Assembly: GCF_963921235.1 (NCBI RefSeq)
Contig: NC_086097.1
Span: 192,450,001-192,514,000, forward strand
Length of the DNA stretch: 64,000 nt
From: Mobula hypostoma
Taxonomy: Eukaryota
Reading direction: 5' to 3'
Each line of letters opens with the position of its first letter. Positions within the stretch are counted from its first letter, which is position 1. A program made the translations under genes and the position numbers. The notes beneath the pieces are model-generated. The model had not been told where the DNA came from and did no database searches. It saw only the letters and a list, made by a program, of their open reading frames with translations. Below, one piece after another: positions 1 to 14,239 of this stretch.

Positions 1-1215
1 AGGAAGCCACATCTGGAGCATTGGATACAGTAGATGACCCTAACAGACCCACAGGTGAAGTGTCATCTCACCTGGAAGGACTGTTTGGTGCCTTGAATGG
101 TAGTGAGGGAAGAGGTGTAGGGGCAGGCGTAGCACTTGTCTGCTTGTAAGGATAAGTGCCAGGAGGGAGATTAGTGGGCAGGGAAGAATGGACAGGAGAT
201 TCACGTAGGGAGAGATCCCTGTAGAAAGCAGAAAGTGAGGAAAGATATGCTTGGTGGTGGAATCCTATTGGAGGTTGCGGAAGTTACGGAGATATATGTC
301 CTGGACGTGGAGGCTGGTGGTGTGGTAGGTGAGGACAGGAGGAACACCAGCCCTGGTGAGGTGGCGGGAGGATGGGGCGAGGAGAGACATGCATAAAGTG
401 GAAGAGCTGCGTTTGAGGGCAGCGCTGATGGTAGAGGAAGGGAAGCCCCTTTTTCTTTGAAGGAGAAGGACATCTCCTTAGTTCTGGAATGAAAAGCCTC
501 ATCTGGAGAGCAGATGCAGTGGAGATGGAGGAATTGAGAGAGCGGGTGGGGTTATTACAAGTAGCAAGTAGTAACAAGTAGTTTTTACAAGGAAGAGGTA
601 AAGTCCAGGTAGCTGTGAGAATCAGTAGGTTTATAATAGACATCAGAAGATAAGCTGTCTCTAGAGATATAGACAGTGAGATCGAGAAAGGGGAGAGAGG
701 TGTCAGAAATGGACCAGGTAAATCTGAGGGCTGGGTAGAAGTTGAAGGTAAAGTTGATGAATTCAGCGAACTCCACGTGGGTGCAGGAAGCAGCACCAAT
801 GCAATCATTGATGCAGCATAGGAAAAATAAGGAAGTGACACCAGTGTAGGCTTAGAACATAGACTGTTCCACGTAGCTGACAAAAAGGCAGGCCCAGCTG
901 GGACCCACGGCCATACCTTTTGTTTGCAGGAAGTGGAAAGTGCCAAAGGAGAAATTATTGAGAGCGAGGACAAGTTCCGCCAGATGGAGGAAAGTGGTGG
1001 TGGAGGGGAACCGGTTGGGTCTGGTGTCCAGAAAGAAACGGCGAGCTTTGAGGCCTTCCTGGTGGGGGATGGAGATGTATAGGGACTGGACCTTCATTAT
1101 GGAAATCAGGTGCTCGGGGCCTGGAAAATTTGAAATCATTGGAAGGATCCAAGAGCATGTGAGGGTGCCATGAACATAGGTAGGAAGGGACTGAACCAGG
1201 GCAATGAATAGTCAA
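1..1215 (-). mobile_element. Penelope-like element (PLE) remnant: RT domain running into the start of GIY-YIG, frameshifted; continues off the window start
   Basis: ORFs 852-1139 (QSLYISIPHQEGL...LAELVLALNNFSF...FLQTKGMAVGPSWACLFV) and 585-776 (LPFLDLTVYI...VYYKPTDSHSYLDFTS) are PLE RT motifs. Collinear with the copy at 33790-34765. Confidence 0.9.
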
Positions 1216-2699
1216 AATTTGGTCATTGATGGTTAAATATAAAACAAAGCTATAAGTTAAAATAACATTTAAATAGTATGGGCAACTACTGAAATACTTT
1301 TAAAGAAACGTTCTATATCGTCCAGAGAGTATAGTGGAGCAGCTGTGAAGTCTCACACATGTATTGTCCCCATTCTCCTTAATGGCTTTAATCCCTTGAT
1401 ACTGTAATTGCTTTCTGGAAACACTCACAATTTTACTTAACTCTTCTGATCACACACAGGTAACAGTGTATGCTTTCCTTTAACCTATGTTACAACTCAT
1501 TTACAGAAACATTTATTATGGGCATCTCTGCTTCTAGCGTTAATCTGGAATACTTTTAAGCATTTACGCAAGCGTTTTGCGTATTCTTTAACAAAATTGC
1601 TTTAGTAAAACTCTATGTATTTTATGCCAGTCTAGAGTATGAGAGAAATATTTTCGTAGAGCTCCTATTAGATCAAATGAAGGTACATTTAAATGATCAT
1701 ATCGCTCATTCCCCTCTCTACCCCTCCATCTTCTATAGCGCTATTCGGAACAGCTGCCTATGTTGGCAGAGACTAAGGTGTTGCCATACCTTGACCACTC
1801 CACAGGAGGAAATTTGTGCTATAGCAGGAAGCTCAATCTTTTGTTCAACTATGAACAGCCTAGGATTTAGACATGATCAGCTACCGGGCCTGTATAATTC
1901 CTATCTCCTGTATAACAGTCATCTCGGTGGAACCTCCAAGTAACTGTCATAACCGAGAATAAAATACAATAACTGAAATAATTGGGCCCAGAACACACTC
2001 ATTCAATTGCCCTGCGATCATACTTTTATTTTATTTGTGCACAACGGGGGACCCCTGCCATCCACATTGTTATGAAGCAGGACAGAAAACCGCTACTTTT
2101 ATACAGAACTGGCTAATCAGTTATGGATATTGACTGTTTGATAAATTTTATATGTTTGAATGACTTACTGGCAAGATCAATCAGCACTTACAATAGAAAT
2201 GTAAAAAGTCAATAGAAATTGCAAGCTGACAACCAATACAATTCGATGTTAGTAAAACAACTGCTCCTTAGCTGTTGGGCGTGTTTCGCATCCTTCTGTA
2301 ATTCCTATATAGTCTGGTTCCGGCACACCCTACTGTGTAAAGGGAAGCTATGCTCTTGGGTTGAACACACACTGCCACAGTCACCCTGCCCCCCATTAAT
2401 CTTGTCTGCAGTATGCAGGGTTGGCTCCTGCGGTCTCACTTCAAAAGTTTCACTTAACTACATCTGCCCCATGCTATTCGTGCCTGGACGTTGTCTTTAA
2501 CCCTTGCCTTACCACAACTTCCACAAGTACACCAATAAAATAAATGCAAGCAGATTGGGATCAGCATGCTTGTGTTTCAAGTAAAATTTGCATGATTGAC
2601 TTGCTAAAATAGTAAGATATCAGGAAGAACTGGCAGAATGGCCGAGGAGGTAGAGAATGATGAACCAAATGATGAGCTACATGGGTCATGAATACTTGG

Positions 2700-3035
2700 T
2701 AGAGTGCTTAAGTTCCCTGATGCTGAGACAATTGGTCCGAAGACCTGGCACTGAAGCCATTTTGGCAGCTGGAGAATTTATATTCAAGCAATTAAATAAA
2801 TTTAAAATGAGAAATTGGTTTCAGTAGCAGTGACCGTTAAACTTTGCTATAAAAGTTCATTTGATTCATTAAAATCCCTCAGAAGGTCAATTCTTGCTCA
2901 GACCTATATATCATTCCAGAGCCATCAATATGGCTGACACTTCCCTACCCTCTGAAATGGCCAAGCTAGCTACTTGGCCCAGTGTGAGTCAAACAATAGA
3001 TGTTGAATTTGCCAGTTATTGCCCATATTCTGTGA
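2700..3035 (+). mobile_element. Degraded SINE-like repeat resembling elasmobranch HE1-type SINE body
   Basis: Remnant motifs 'gtgaccg...gttcatttgattcattaa...cagacctatatatcattccagagcc...ccctctgaaatggcc'; recognised from memory only. Confidence 0.35.
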
Positions 3036-4589
3036 AGCAATCACAAAACGATGGAACTGTACTTTGATGATTAATGTGCAGTAAGCAGCAACAGGAATAC
3101 AAAAACTGTGTGGGGTTGAATTCAGCATTCAAAATGGAAGTTAAAACATTTTAGCTTCAGAGAGACAAGAACAGTTATAAGAAGGGAAAATGAAAGTCAA
3201 TGCCTTCTCTTCCTTCATCCAACCATTAATAACAAGTATTATTGTGGGTTTAAAAAAGAGATTTAGGCCTATTTTTCAAAAGATATTGATCTCCTTCGCT
3301 GTGTTTTCAATTTATATTTTTTTCTGTTCTGCACTTGAGATGATTTGTGCATTTGGAATATTGTTGCAGTTATCCCTGCTCATTCTTTCCTCCTTTCAGG
3401 CATATCATTGTCAATATTTTGACATTATAATAATTGCAATATCTATACAGTATTACAAGAACACAACAAAATACAAGGAAGAATAACCACCAGGGCCATC
3501 GAACCTGACTGCTATTCGATATAATCATGGGTGATCCATGTTGTCCTCAACATCTCTTCTGTGTCAGTTCCCCATAACTCTTTATTCCTCCTCCTAACAG
3601 CTGCCTGTCAAATAAGCTTTTGTGCTAGTGCTATGGATTTTGTTAGAAAACATGAGGTTGATTTATTATACTCATAACCTGCCAACTCTGTGCAATCCAG
3701 TTTATTAAACACGTTTGTACTTGAATTCAACATTGTTCTTAATTCAATGGGTATTTATTGATAGAGTCCATAAAAAGGATATTTAAATTCTTAGTGCTCT
3801 GCCATAAGATCAGAGATAATTATTTAATAATTTTGACTGATTATTTGCCAATTAAATTAGTAAGATGCAAAATTGTAAACCCAATTATATTCAATCACTA
3901 AGAGTACGAAATGTCAATAAAGAGCTAGATATTTCTGGTGTGGCGTAACAAAGGTTTTTAAGTAAAGAAGTGATGCAAAAGAGTGCAAATTTTATGACTG
4001 TACAGATCCACAACAAATTGTAATACTGTATTGTATAACCTTGAAAAATGCAAACAGGCGTGTTTTTCTTTGTTATTTCTTAACATCTGTTTCTCTTGAC
4101 ATAATATGTAAAGTGATTGAGAGAAAAAGAAGTTGAAGATAGTTTTTAACAAAAGTGAAACTACAATGTGTATTGAATAACTTCAGGAAAATATAAAGAG
4201 CATAACTAGATAGAATGTTTTCTAATTGCACTTCATTGTGTTTAAAATCCAAGCCAGAGGATATAGCACCTTCCAACTACCCACGATAAAAACACCCCCA
4301 CTTCCCCCCCTCCTTTACTTTTGGCATCTCTGTGCACATCTGTTATCTTCAAATCTGCAGAAATGCAGAAGAAGCAAGTCAACTTATTCCCAAGGAACCT
4401 CCCAAAAGAAGAGACAAGAATAATGTTAAACTACATTACATTGAATTAGAATATGCAGAGTAAGGAAGTAAGGGGCTGTTTCTTTTTAAATGCATTGACA
4501 CCATATGACAGTATATACAGAGAAATAAGTTGATCCTATTTTGTTTATTTACTCCATAACACTGTTAAAATTTTAGAGTCCTTGTCCAA

Positions 4590-4872
4590 AGGAAGAAATG
4601 AAAAATACTTGAGGACATAGTTTTAATGTGAGCAGAGGGAAGTTTAAAAGAGATGTGTAAAGCAAGTTTATTTTTATATAGAGTAGATGTCTGAAGTGCA
4701 CTGCTGGGGTAGTGGCGAAAACAGTCACAATAATTTCATTGAAGGGACATTTTGACAAGTGCATGCATGTCCAGGGAATAAAGGGGTATGGATTAGTTTA
4801 TCCTTGACATCATGATGAGCAGAGACATCAAGGGCGGTAGGGCCTGTTCCTATGCTGTACTGCACTGTTCTG
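4590..4872 (+). mobile_element. Degraded CR1 LINE 3' end
   Basis: Similar to the 3' ends at 24470-24620 and 51930-52210 (gacatagtttt...gggcctgttcctatgctgtactg). Confidence 0.55.
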
Positions 4873-6356
4873 TCTTCATTATTGTATGTGCAAAAGAAAT
4901 GGGATGCTTCAATACCAACGTTTCTTTCTTTGTAATAAAAAAACAAATATATCAACGACTCACAGTACATGCACAATAGAAGGCTTGTGTTATGTCTCCA
5001 CATGATTATGGTTTGAATTGTATTCTACCTGATCCATGAGGGAAAATGATTTGCAAGCTTTTCATTTGCAAAAAAAAAGTGGATAGAGTATTTCATTCAT
5101 GTAATTTGTACTTATACATTTACATTTAACAATTTGTCATTTCCTTCATACTGTTAGAGAAAATGAGAAATACAAAGAAGATTCTGTCACAGTTCTGGAT
5201 ACAATTTGATGTAAGAACATAGAAATATAATAAAAATGTAAGCTGATTCACCTGTTTTGCCTTTCAGTGACTAACCTGACTAAAATTATCCAACTCCTTC
5301 CCATAATACCTTTGATTTACAGAGTCATATTAATTCCAAATATGAAATTAATAATTGCTGTAAAATCATTTGCAATCTGTGCAAGAGAATTTTAAATTGA
5401 GCACTGAAATACTTTTAAATCGCACTTTGGAATAACATGGCTTTAATTTTAAACATTGCTTCTAATCTTGGAGCACTCAGCCAACAGAAGTAAATGCTCT
5501 TACTCCACCCTATCAATTTCCCTTTAAATCTTGAGAATTTTAATCAAATTACCTTTAATTGCCAGTTTCTGTTACCCCTCTTTGGAATTTAACCCTTGAA
5601 ATCCAAGTGCTATTCTGGCAAATCTCCTTAGAATGGGATTACCTAAAAAACTCTCAGACATTTTCATGTGGTCTAACGAGACCTTTGAGTAGTTGTCATA
5701 TAGTATCCTTCTGCACTTGTACATTTTTGAACAAGACCAGCATTCCATTAGCCATTTTGACTATTTCCTGGATCTATCCATTATATGTATTTTAATGATC
5801 AATGTGCATGGAGACCTTATCACTTTATGCCTCCATGTCATTTAAAAAGCAAATTCTCCTATCCTTAATTGGTTTAAGGTGGCTGAATTTACTGTATGTC
5901 TCTCTATTTGAAATCGCTTTGTTTTTGATTTATTTTATCTATTAATATGTCTTTGTAAATTAATCCTTCCATGTAGATAATTTACTAGGTCTTCTGATCA
6001 TTATCAAACACGGATAAGTGACTTTCTATCACATCATCTTGGCTATTCATAAATATATCATGATTGTTGATGTTTCAACATAAATCTTTGTGGGATGTTG
6101 TAAACCTCATGCTCTTATTATTGCACACTTCCCTCCTTTCATGCAGCTAATTTCATAGATTTTCTTTGGTTTCTCTAACATTAACTTCAGCTTATTGCAT
6201 CATTTGAAGTATTTAATAATATTCCTCGTGAAGCTAATAAACATAATTTCCTAGGCAGCTCCTCAAAAATTTTACTGCCTGCACCAGGGTGGATCTGCCC
6301 TTTAAGCATCATTGATGGTCAACTAAAAATATATTTAATCATTCTACCCTTAATTA

Positions 6357-6825
6357 CAGTCATAGTCATAGTCATACTTTATTGATCCCGGGGGAAATTG
6401 GTTTTCGTTACAGTTGCACCATAAATAATAAATATTAATAGAAATAGTAATAGTCATAGAAATAATAAATAGTAATAGAATAATAATAGAAAATAGTAAT
6501 AAATAGTTAAATAGTAATATGTAAATTATGCCAGTAAATTATGAAGTAAGTCCAGGATCAGCCTATCGGCTCAGGGTGTCTGACCCTCCAAGGGAGGACT
6601 TGTAAAGTTTGATGGCCACAGGCAGGAATGACTTCCTATGATGCTCTGTGCTGCATCTTGGAGGAATGAGTCTCTGGCTGAATGTACTCCTGTGCCCACC
6701 CAGTACATTATGTAGTGGATGGGAGACATTGACCAAGATGGCATGCAACTTAGACAGCATCCTCTTTTCAGACACCACCGTGAGAGAGTCCAGTTCCATC
6801 ACCAGAACATCAATGGCCTTACGAA
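6357..6825 (-). mobile_element. Rex1/Babar-like LINE 3' fragment with AT-rich tandem tail
   Basis: ORF 6563-6802 (MELDSLTVVSEKRMLSKLHAIL...RLIPPRCSTEHHRKSFLPVAIKLY); (gtcata)n-ctttattgatccc tail like that at 14245. Confidence 0.75.
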
Positions 6826-8299
6826 TGAATTATAGAACTTGGCAACTATCGCACAACAGATGTTATACTAACTGATCTATAATTCCCTGGTTCCCATCAT
6901 CTTTTCCTAATGACACATGTTGCAAGTGCAAAATTCTGATTGAGAGGTCTACCTCCTGAACTGCAGTGCCCAACTGACAAGCATTTGGAGGTAAACACAT
7001 ATAACTCAGATGAACTCTCTCATGTTTTTAAAGGATTGAATAGCTTGCCAAGATCTTGCAAAGGTGGAATTACTTCTTTGGTCAAAATGCTTTATTTGTA
7101 ATAACACAAACCATGTTTAATTGCTAATGGGTTAAAAATTTCCTTTGGACTCCCTCAGTGATAAGCTTCACAGAATGGTTATGTTTATTGCGTTTATTGA
7201 TTTCCTTTCCTTGAGAATGAATGGGCAAAAAATGACACTGGCATAACTTCAACATCTCTAATGTATGCTTCCATATATAAAAAAGTTCTACACTGCAAAC
7301 GATAAATATGAAAAGTTACTTTACACTAACAGTAAGAAGTTTCATGCAAACTTTGGGAAATGTAATTTGCAAGGAGCACATATTGGTGGAAATTTAGCAA
7401 AAGCAGCAGTTTTGAAAGAAGACGTCTGAGACATTGTTGGAGATGTTAGTGTTGTAGATGAAGAAAGTCCCAAAATTGTGTTTCCAAGTGATTAGGGACT
7501 ATAGCAGTTACACCAGGAAAAAAACTCTACCCAGCAACATAAATACTACAATTGGTTTTGTCTCTTATGATTGATGCTGGTAAACTGTGTGAAAAGCTGT
7601 ACTGCAATAGGAAAGCCACAAGTGAATTGAACCACCTGGAACAAAAGCAGATGAAGCCACAAAGCAATAAAGTAAAATAATGTGCATTGCCAATGAAAAT
7701 AAAGTGTGGACTACCATAAAGTTTCTTTACAGTTTCCAATTTCTACTCACAGATCTGTCAGTCTGTCTTGTCAAATTAGTCGCATAACTAAAGTCTTTCA
7801 TTATAGCAGTAGTGAAATCCAGCCTTTATTTGGAAGGCGGAACTTTAAGAAAGTTAAATGGAGGTTTTCAACACATGCTACCTCATGCAACTGAGGGACG
7901 ACTTCAAAAATAATGAACAAGATATCAAACCAGTGAAATTATATTACAGCATACTCTATATGACCAACACAGAAGTTAGCCTGACCTGAGTGAAGAAGTG
8001 CAGTCCTCTGATAGCTTACTACAACCAATTGACAGTGGGCAATCAAGCAATTTATGGAAGGAGGATACTTCCTACATATATTGTCACTTGTAAGAAAATT
8101 CAACATCTGAATAATACAGACGAGGCTCAACTGTTTACAAATATCTTCAACAAAAAAGTATTAGATTAATGGAAAAATCTGGCCTCTATAAAATCTCATA
8201 GTGTAACAAAATTAATATACTCCTTGTGAATTTAGTCTTTCTTAGTAGAAGTTTAATTACTGAGGTAATGAAATCTTACTGGAATGTTAATAGGCCTTA

Positions 8300-8620
8300 A
8301 TTACATCTAATATATTTGCCATCAAGGGAGTGTAGTAGACAGCCTGTGAATTGGAACTGTGTTCTTTAGAGAATAGGAGAACGAAAGGAGATTTCATCAG
8401 AAAGCCATTGATTTAAATTCATGGAGGATGCTTCCCCTATTGGGGAGTCTAGGAGCAGGACACATAGTTTGGGTTGAAGGCACTTTGGACTGAGATGAGT
8501 AATTTCTTCACTCAGATAGCTGTGAACCACTAACATTCTCTACCATAGATGGCTGTGGATGCTCAGTCAACAGTATGTTCAGATCAATAGATTTCTAGAT
8601 ATTAAGGAAACTGAGAAATA
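8300..8620 (+). mobile_element. Degraded CR1 LINE 3' fragment
   Basis: 'ggggagtctaggagcaggacacatag...ttggactgagatgagtaatttcttcactcag' matches the CR1 ORF2 C-terminus seen in younger copies. Confidence 0.55.
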
Positions 8621-8623
8621 TGA

Positions 8624-8753
8624 GGACTTTGGTCTCGGCCCAAAACGTTGACTGTATTTCTTCCTATAGATGCTGCCTGGCCTGCTGCGTTCCACCAGCA
8701 TTTTGTGCGTGTTGCTTGAATTTCCAGCATCTGCAGATTTCCTTGTGTTTGTG
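8624..8753 (+). mobile_element. Short PLE terminal-repeat (pLTR) insertion, 5' end inside the hammerhead motif
   Basis: ggtctcggcccaaaacgttgactg...gatgctgcctggcctgctgcgttc...ccagcatctgcagatttcc; possible 7-bp TSD aatatga (8617-8623 / 8754-8760). Confidence 0.8.
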
Positions 8754-9571
8754 AATATGACAATAATGCTAAACAATGGAGCTGAGGTAAAAAAATTGCT
8801 ATTATCTTCATAAATCATAGAGAAGGTTCAAATGCTCTACTCTTGTGTTGTGTTTAGTGTTCTTCTTAAACATGGCTGAAAATACTGGATATTGAAATGG
8901 CATCACAATAACTGAACAACTGATAATTGCATAATAACATGAAAAACTGTCCAGGCATGTCCTACTGCTAAAGAAATGGACACATCTAACATCGTATATT
9001 ATGGTCTTTCCAATTTTCTTTCCTACATTAGTATGCTGAGGGAAATGTTTATCAACTGTGTCATCAAGCAAGACAAGTACAACTCAATATTGCAGCACCT
9101 GATGGCATCACTCTATTCATGCTTGAACTAGATTTCTATTCTATGTACAATCATGGTTAGTGTGCTTGAGTAGCCTATTGATACACTGTAGATTATTTTT
9201 CTGTGTTTTCTGTGTTTCAGTGGTGTTTTTTTCCCATTTCGGTCACTGATGAAGTGTCAAAAGATGAAAACCTAGCTACCTATCTAACTGGCCTTTCTGA
9301 AATTGAAAGATCTGAACTTTTATAAAAGAAGCTAATGTCTATGATGGCATGAGTTGGAAATCATCTCCTCTGGGGAATGGTTATCCATCAGGTCCATCAG
9401 CTACTGCTGTGAGCATGGAAGCCCTAACTAAGAGAAATTTATATCATGACATTTATATTTTGTATGCTGAGAGTAAATTAACATATGATATATTGATTTC
9501 AATTATCCTTGATATAATAGAGTAGAAATCTGTTTGGGTCAGTGATGGCAAATGAGTGGTTGTCTGTGACA

Positions 9572-11425
9572 TAGGACCATAAGACATGGGCATAAAATTA
9601 TGCCATACAACCCATTAAGTCTGCTCCGTTATTCCATCATGGCTGATCCTGGATTCCACTCAACCCCATACACTTGCCTTCTCGCCATATGCTTTTGATG
9701 CCTTGACCGATCAGGAAATGATCAAATTCCTCCTTAATAGTTCCCATGGACCTGGCCTCCACCACAGTCTGTGGCAGAGCATTCTACAGATTTACCACTC
9801 TCTGGCTTAAAAAAAATCCCTCCTTACCTCTGTTCTAAAAGGGTTCCCATTCATTTTGAGGCTGTGCCTTTTAGTTCCGGATACCCCTACCACTGGAAAT
9901 ATTCTCTCCACATCCACCCTCTCTAGTCCTTTCAACATTTGGTAGGTTTCAATGAGATCCCCACATATACTTCTAAGTTCCAATGAGTACAGGCCCAAAG
10001 CTGCCAAATGCTCCTCATAAGTTAACCCCTTCATTCCTAGAGTTATCCTTCTGAACCTCCTCTGGAATCTCTCCTTGGGGCCAAAACTCTTGACAATACT
10101 CAAGCGTGGCCTGACTAGTGTCTTATAAAGGCTCGGCATTATCTCTTTGCTTTTATATATTATTCCCATTGCACATTTGCTTTCTTTACCACAAGCTCTA
10201 CCGGTAAATTAACCTTCTGGGAGTCTGGCATGAGGACTGCTAAGTCCCTCTGCACCTTTGATGTCCCTTTTACCAAAATGCATTGTCATACATTTCCTGA
10301 CACCATACTCCATCTGCCACTTTTTTTGCCCATTCTTCCAAATTGTTCAAATCCTGCTGCAATCACATTGCTTCCTCAGCACTACCTACTCCTCCACCTA
10401 TCTTTGTATCATCTGCAAACTTTGCTACAAAGCCATTGATTTCATTATCTAAATCATTGACAAACAATGTGGAAAGCAGTGGTTCCAAAACTGATGCTTA
10501 AGGAAAATCACTAGTCGCTGGCAGCCAACCAGAAAAACCATTTTGTTCCCACTCACTGTCTCCGACCTGTCAGCCATTCCATTATCCATGCCAGTATCTT
10601 TCCTGTAACGCCATGGGATTTTATCTTGTTAAGCAACCTCATGTGTGGCACCTTATCAAACGCCTTCTGAAAATCCAAGTAAATGACATCCACTGCCTCT
10701 CCTTTGTCCACCCTGCTTGTTACTTCCTTGAAGAACTCTAACAAATTTGTCAGGCAAGATTTCCCTTTCACAGGAACCATGCTGACTTTGACTTATTTAA
10801 TGATTAGTCTCCAAGTACCTTGAAAGCTCATCCTTAATAATAGACTCCAAAACTTTCCCAAACTGAGGTGGGGTTACCTGGCCTAAAATTTCCTTTCTTT
10901 TGCCTTCCTCCCTTCTTAAAGAGTGGAGTGACATTTGCAATCTTCCAGTCCTCCAGAACCATGCCAGAATCGAGTGATTCTTGAAAGACCATGATCAATG
11001 CATCTGTTATTTCTTCAGCAACCTTCCTCAGAACTCTGAGATGTAGTCCATTTGGCCCAGGTGACTTATCCATCTTAAGACCTTTGAGTTTGCCTCAAAC
11101 TTGTTCTGTTCTAAGAACAATGGTGCTCACTCCCTGACACTCTCAGACCTCTGGCATTTTGCTAGTGTCTTCCATGGTGAAGACAGATACAAAGTACCCA
11201 TTAAGTTCATCTGCCATTTCTTTGTCCCCCATTGCTACCTCACCAGCATCATTTTCCAATGGTCCGTTATCAACCCTCACCTCCCTTTTACTCCTTATAT
11301 AACTGAAAAAAAATTTGGGATCCTGCTTTATATTATTGGCTAGTCTGCCTTCATATTTCATTCATTCCCTACTGACAGCTTTTTTAGTTGTCTTTTGTTG
11401 GATTTAAAAAACTTCCCATTACTTT
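9572..11425 (-). mobile_element. CR1 LINE ORF2 fragment (RT to 3' UTR), frameshifted
   Basis: ORFs 10553-10780 (KSCLTNLLEFF...VDVIYLDFQKAFDKVPH), 10834-11073 (KSPGPNGLH...WKIANVTPLFKKG), 9807-10169. Confidence 0.92.
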
Positions 11426-11427
11426 GC

Positions 11428-11925
11428 TCCTCAGCAGGCCAGGCAGCATCTATGGAAAAGAGGAAACAAAAGAGTAAGTGAGGGATTTCTCGAACTTCTG
11501 GGAATTGGCTCTCCCACCTTAACCATTTCCATTTCCTTCCCTCACCTTCTCTCCTTACTTGTCCATCATCTCCCTCTGGTGCTCCTGCCCCTTCCCTTTT
11601 TTCCATTATCTTCTATCCTCTCCTATCAGATACCCACTTCTCCAGCCCTGTATCTCTTTTATCAAACAATTTCCCAGCACTTTACTCCACCCCTCCTCTT
11701 CTCCTCGTTCAACTGATCACCTACCACCTTGTACTATTTCCTCCCCTTCCCCACCTTCTTACTCTGACTTCTCATCTTTTTTTCCTACTGTCCTGATGAA
11801 GGGTCTCAGCCCAAAATGTGACTGTTTACTCTTTTCCAAAGATGCTACCTGGCTTTGCTTATTTCCTCCAGCATTTTGTATGTGTTGCTTGGATTTCCAG
11901 TACAGTATCTGAAGATTTTCTCAAC
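11428..11925 (+). mobile_element. Older PLE 3' end/pLTR with decayed hammerhead (about 11789-11823) and a short inverted pLTR piece at its 5' side
   Basis: Pyrimidine-rich 3' UTR followed by tgtcctgatgaagggtctcagcccaaaatgtgactg; inverted ctcagcaggccaggcagcatctatggaaaagag at 11430-11465. Confidence 0.8.
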
Positions 11926-13384
11926 ATAGCGAGTTTGCATGTTTCCCAAGATAATCAGGTTAAATTTCTATCCCAACTCTCCTACCATCATAATGTCATG
12001 ATAAGAAACTGATACCATCAGGAATTAAGGTTTGGACATGAATTGTTCTCTTTGTCTATGTTTAATGTTGTGGACAGGACTATAGATAGTCATAATGAAT
12101 TATATGATCTGTAAGGGTTGACAATTTTCAACAGTTCAATAGAAATAAATAGTTAATTTTCAAATTATTACCAATTAGAGAAATTATCTTGGGCTTTTAT
12201 AAGCTTTGTCAACACTACAAACAAGTCAAAGTCAAATGCACTCACCCATTAAAATTTACTTGTATCATGGATTAAAATAATAAATTGGAAATTATTGCTG
12301 ATTATTATAAGGATATAATTTATTGATTTTTGGCTTGTTTCTCTTTTGCATTTTAAAAGTAATTTAAACCTCTGATTAGTTCACTATTACATTCACCTCC
12401 AGGTAACCTTTGGGTTATTCGTTCTGTAATCCATAACCTATCAATAAGAGCTTAAGTGGGTTATGACCTTTAAAGTTACATCCTGAAATTTACTTATGAC
12501 ATTACTTCCCTGGCAATTTATTCTTGCATGACACACTTTGTAAATTAAATATTCTTTTATTTAGTATTTCGCTTACTGATACTTACTAGAAATCTGGATT
12601 TCCCTAAGAAATTTCACAAACAGTAGTCAGGCATCAAGAATCAGACTGGGTTGGAAGTAACAAAATGAACATTTAACATTTATTCCAATATCCAATTGTA
12701 AGATCTGTAATTTGTTATCCAGGGAAGCTGAAAGATATTGTCCTTCCTTCTATGAATTTGTCCTCTCGGCTTTCTATGCCAATAATCTGCATTATATTTG
12801 GCAGAACTTTTAACACATGCATTTCTCTATTTTTCTTTAAAATCTATCAGCTGCTGTTTATTGTATGTTTGATATTTTGTATTGCACTGAAAGATATTTT
12901 CTCATTTAACACTGATGGTTTTATTCACTTGAGCTGCTGCACTTTTAAGCCCATCTATCATATTTTTTGGGTTTCCATAGCATCCAAACTTGCTCCAAAT
13001 GATTTTATTCTTATCCAATATCTGCCACTTCATGTATACAAATACTGAATTCTATTTGTATTTATACTTGCTTAGAGCTACCTTTTATTTCAATTTCATC
13101 TCTAAATTTAGAATGATGGCTTTGCACCCTGCATTTAATTCATTGATGTGCATGGCTGGCTACTGTCATCTCAGAATGGAACCCAGTAAAGGATATTCTT
13201 AAACATTTCCGTACGCTCCAGTTGACATCATCTCCTCTCATCCTCTCATATAGCCATTCCAAATACCAGTGTGGTAATCTTCTGTTGCACTCCCTCTGTA
13301 GGAAGTGTATCCTTTATGAGACAAGGAGACCAAATATGCATACAACACTTCAAGTGCAGTTACATAAATGTGTAGAAAGATATA

Positions 13385-14232
13385 GGCAATACATCAATGA
13401 AACAACCAGCAGTTTCAAGCTCCTGAAAGTGCACATCACATGCAAACTCTCATGGTTCCAGAACACATCCCACACAATTAAGAAGGTTCTCTAACACCTC
13501 TGCTTTCTGAGGAAGCTGAAGAGAGCTGTACTTGGCACATTCATGCTTGCATCATCCTACAGATGTGCAGTAGAGTCTCCTAACAGGGTGCCTCGCTCCT
13601 TGGTACAGAAACTGCACTGCGATGGACAGGAAAGCTCCACAGCACCCAGCACATCACTGGCAGTAGCCTACTCACCATCAAGAACAGAAAAGTGCTGAAA
13701 AATGGCGAGTTGCATCATGAAGGATCCCACACACCCTGCTCGTGCACTGTTATCCCACTCCCAGCAGGGAGGAGGCTATGTGGCATCCATGCCAGGACAA
13801 CCAGACTGAAAAACAGTTAAAACAGTCACTTTCCTCAAGTAGTAAGACTAATCAACACGTCCCACAAAATGCAGGAGGAACTGAGCAGGCCAGGCAGCAT
13901 CTATGGAAAAGAGTAAACAGCCGAGTTTCAGGCTGAGACTCGTCTTGATGAACGGCCTTGGCCCAAAACGTCGACAATTTACTCTTCACCATAGATGTTG
14001 TCTGGTTTGCTGAGCCTCTCCAATATTTTGTGTGCGTTGCTTGGATTGATGGAATTTTCATGTTTTTGATCAACATCTCCACCCACTACCTCCACCACTA
14101 CTTTATTATTTCCAGTCAGTCACCTTGTGTACAGACTAACATCACTTTATGGACATACAATCAATATACATATAAGATATCTAGTATCTTGTATAAAAAA
14201 TCTTGTGTATTTATATTTATTGTGGTATTTAT
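13385..14232 (+). mobile_element. Rex1/Babar-like LINE 3' part, interrupted by a PLE palindrome
   Basis: 'accagcagtttcaagctcctg...tttctgaggaagctgaagagagc...atcatgaaggatcccacacaccctgctc...accagactgaaaaacag' is typical of this clade's RT C-terminal region. Confidence 0.65.
13858..14068. repeat. Palindromic (head-to-head) PLE pLTR insertion, old
   Basis: Left arm cacaaaatgcaggaggaactgagcaggccaggcagcatctatgg is the imperfect reverse complement of right arm ccatagatgttgtctggtttgctgagcctctccaatattttgtg; centre holds a decayed hammerhead; atcaaca on both flanks. Confidence 0.75.
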
Positions 14233-14239
14233 TATTATA

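Noticed and set aside
284..973. 229-aa Ser/Leu/Pro-rich ORF
   Set aside because: It is mostly an alternate frame of the degraded PLE RT.
6420..6545. AT-rich tandem repeats as a regulatory array
   Set aside because: This is a low-complexity expansion in the LINE 3' UTR.
7380..9450. Coding-looking stretches around 7400-8200 and 8880-9130
   Set aside because: Stops occur in all frames, with no recognisable family or consistent splice signals.
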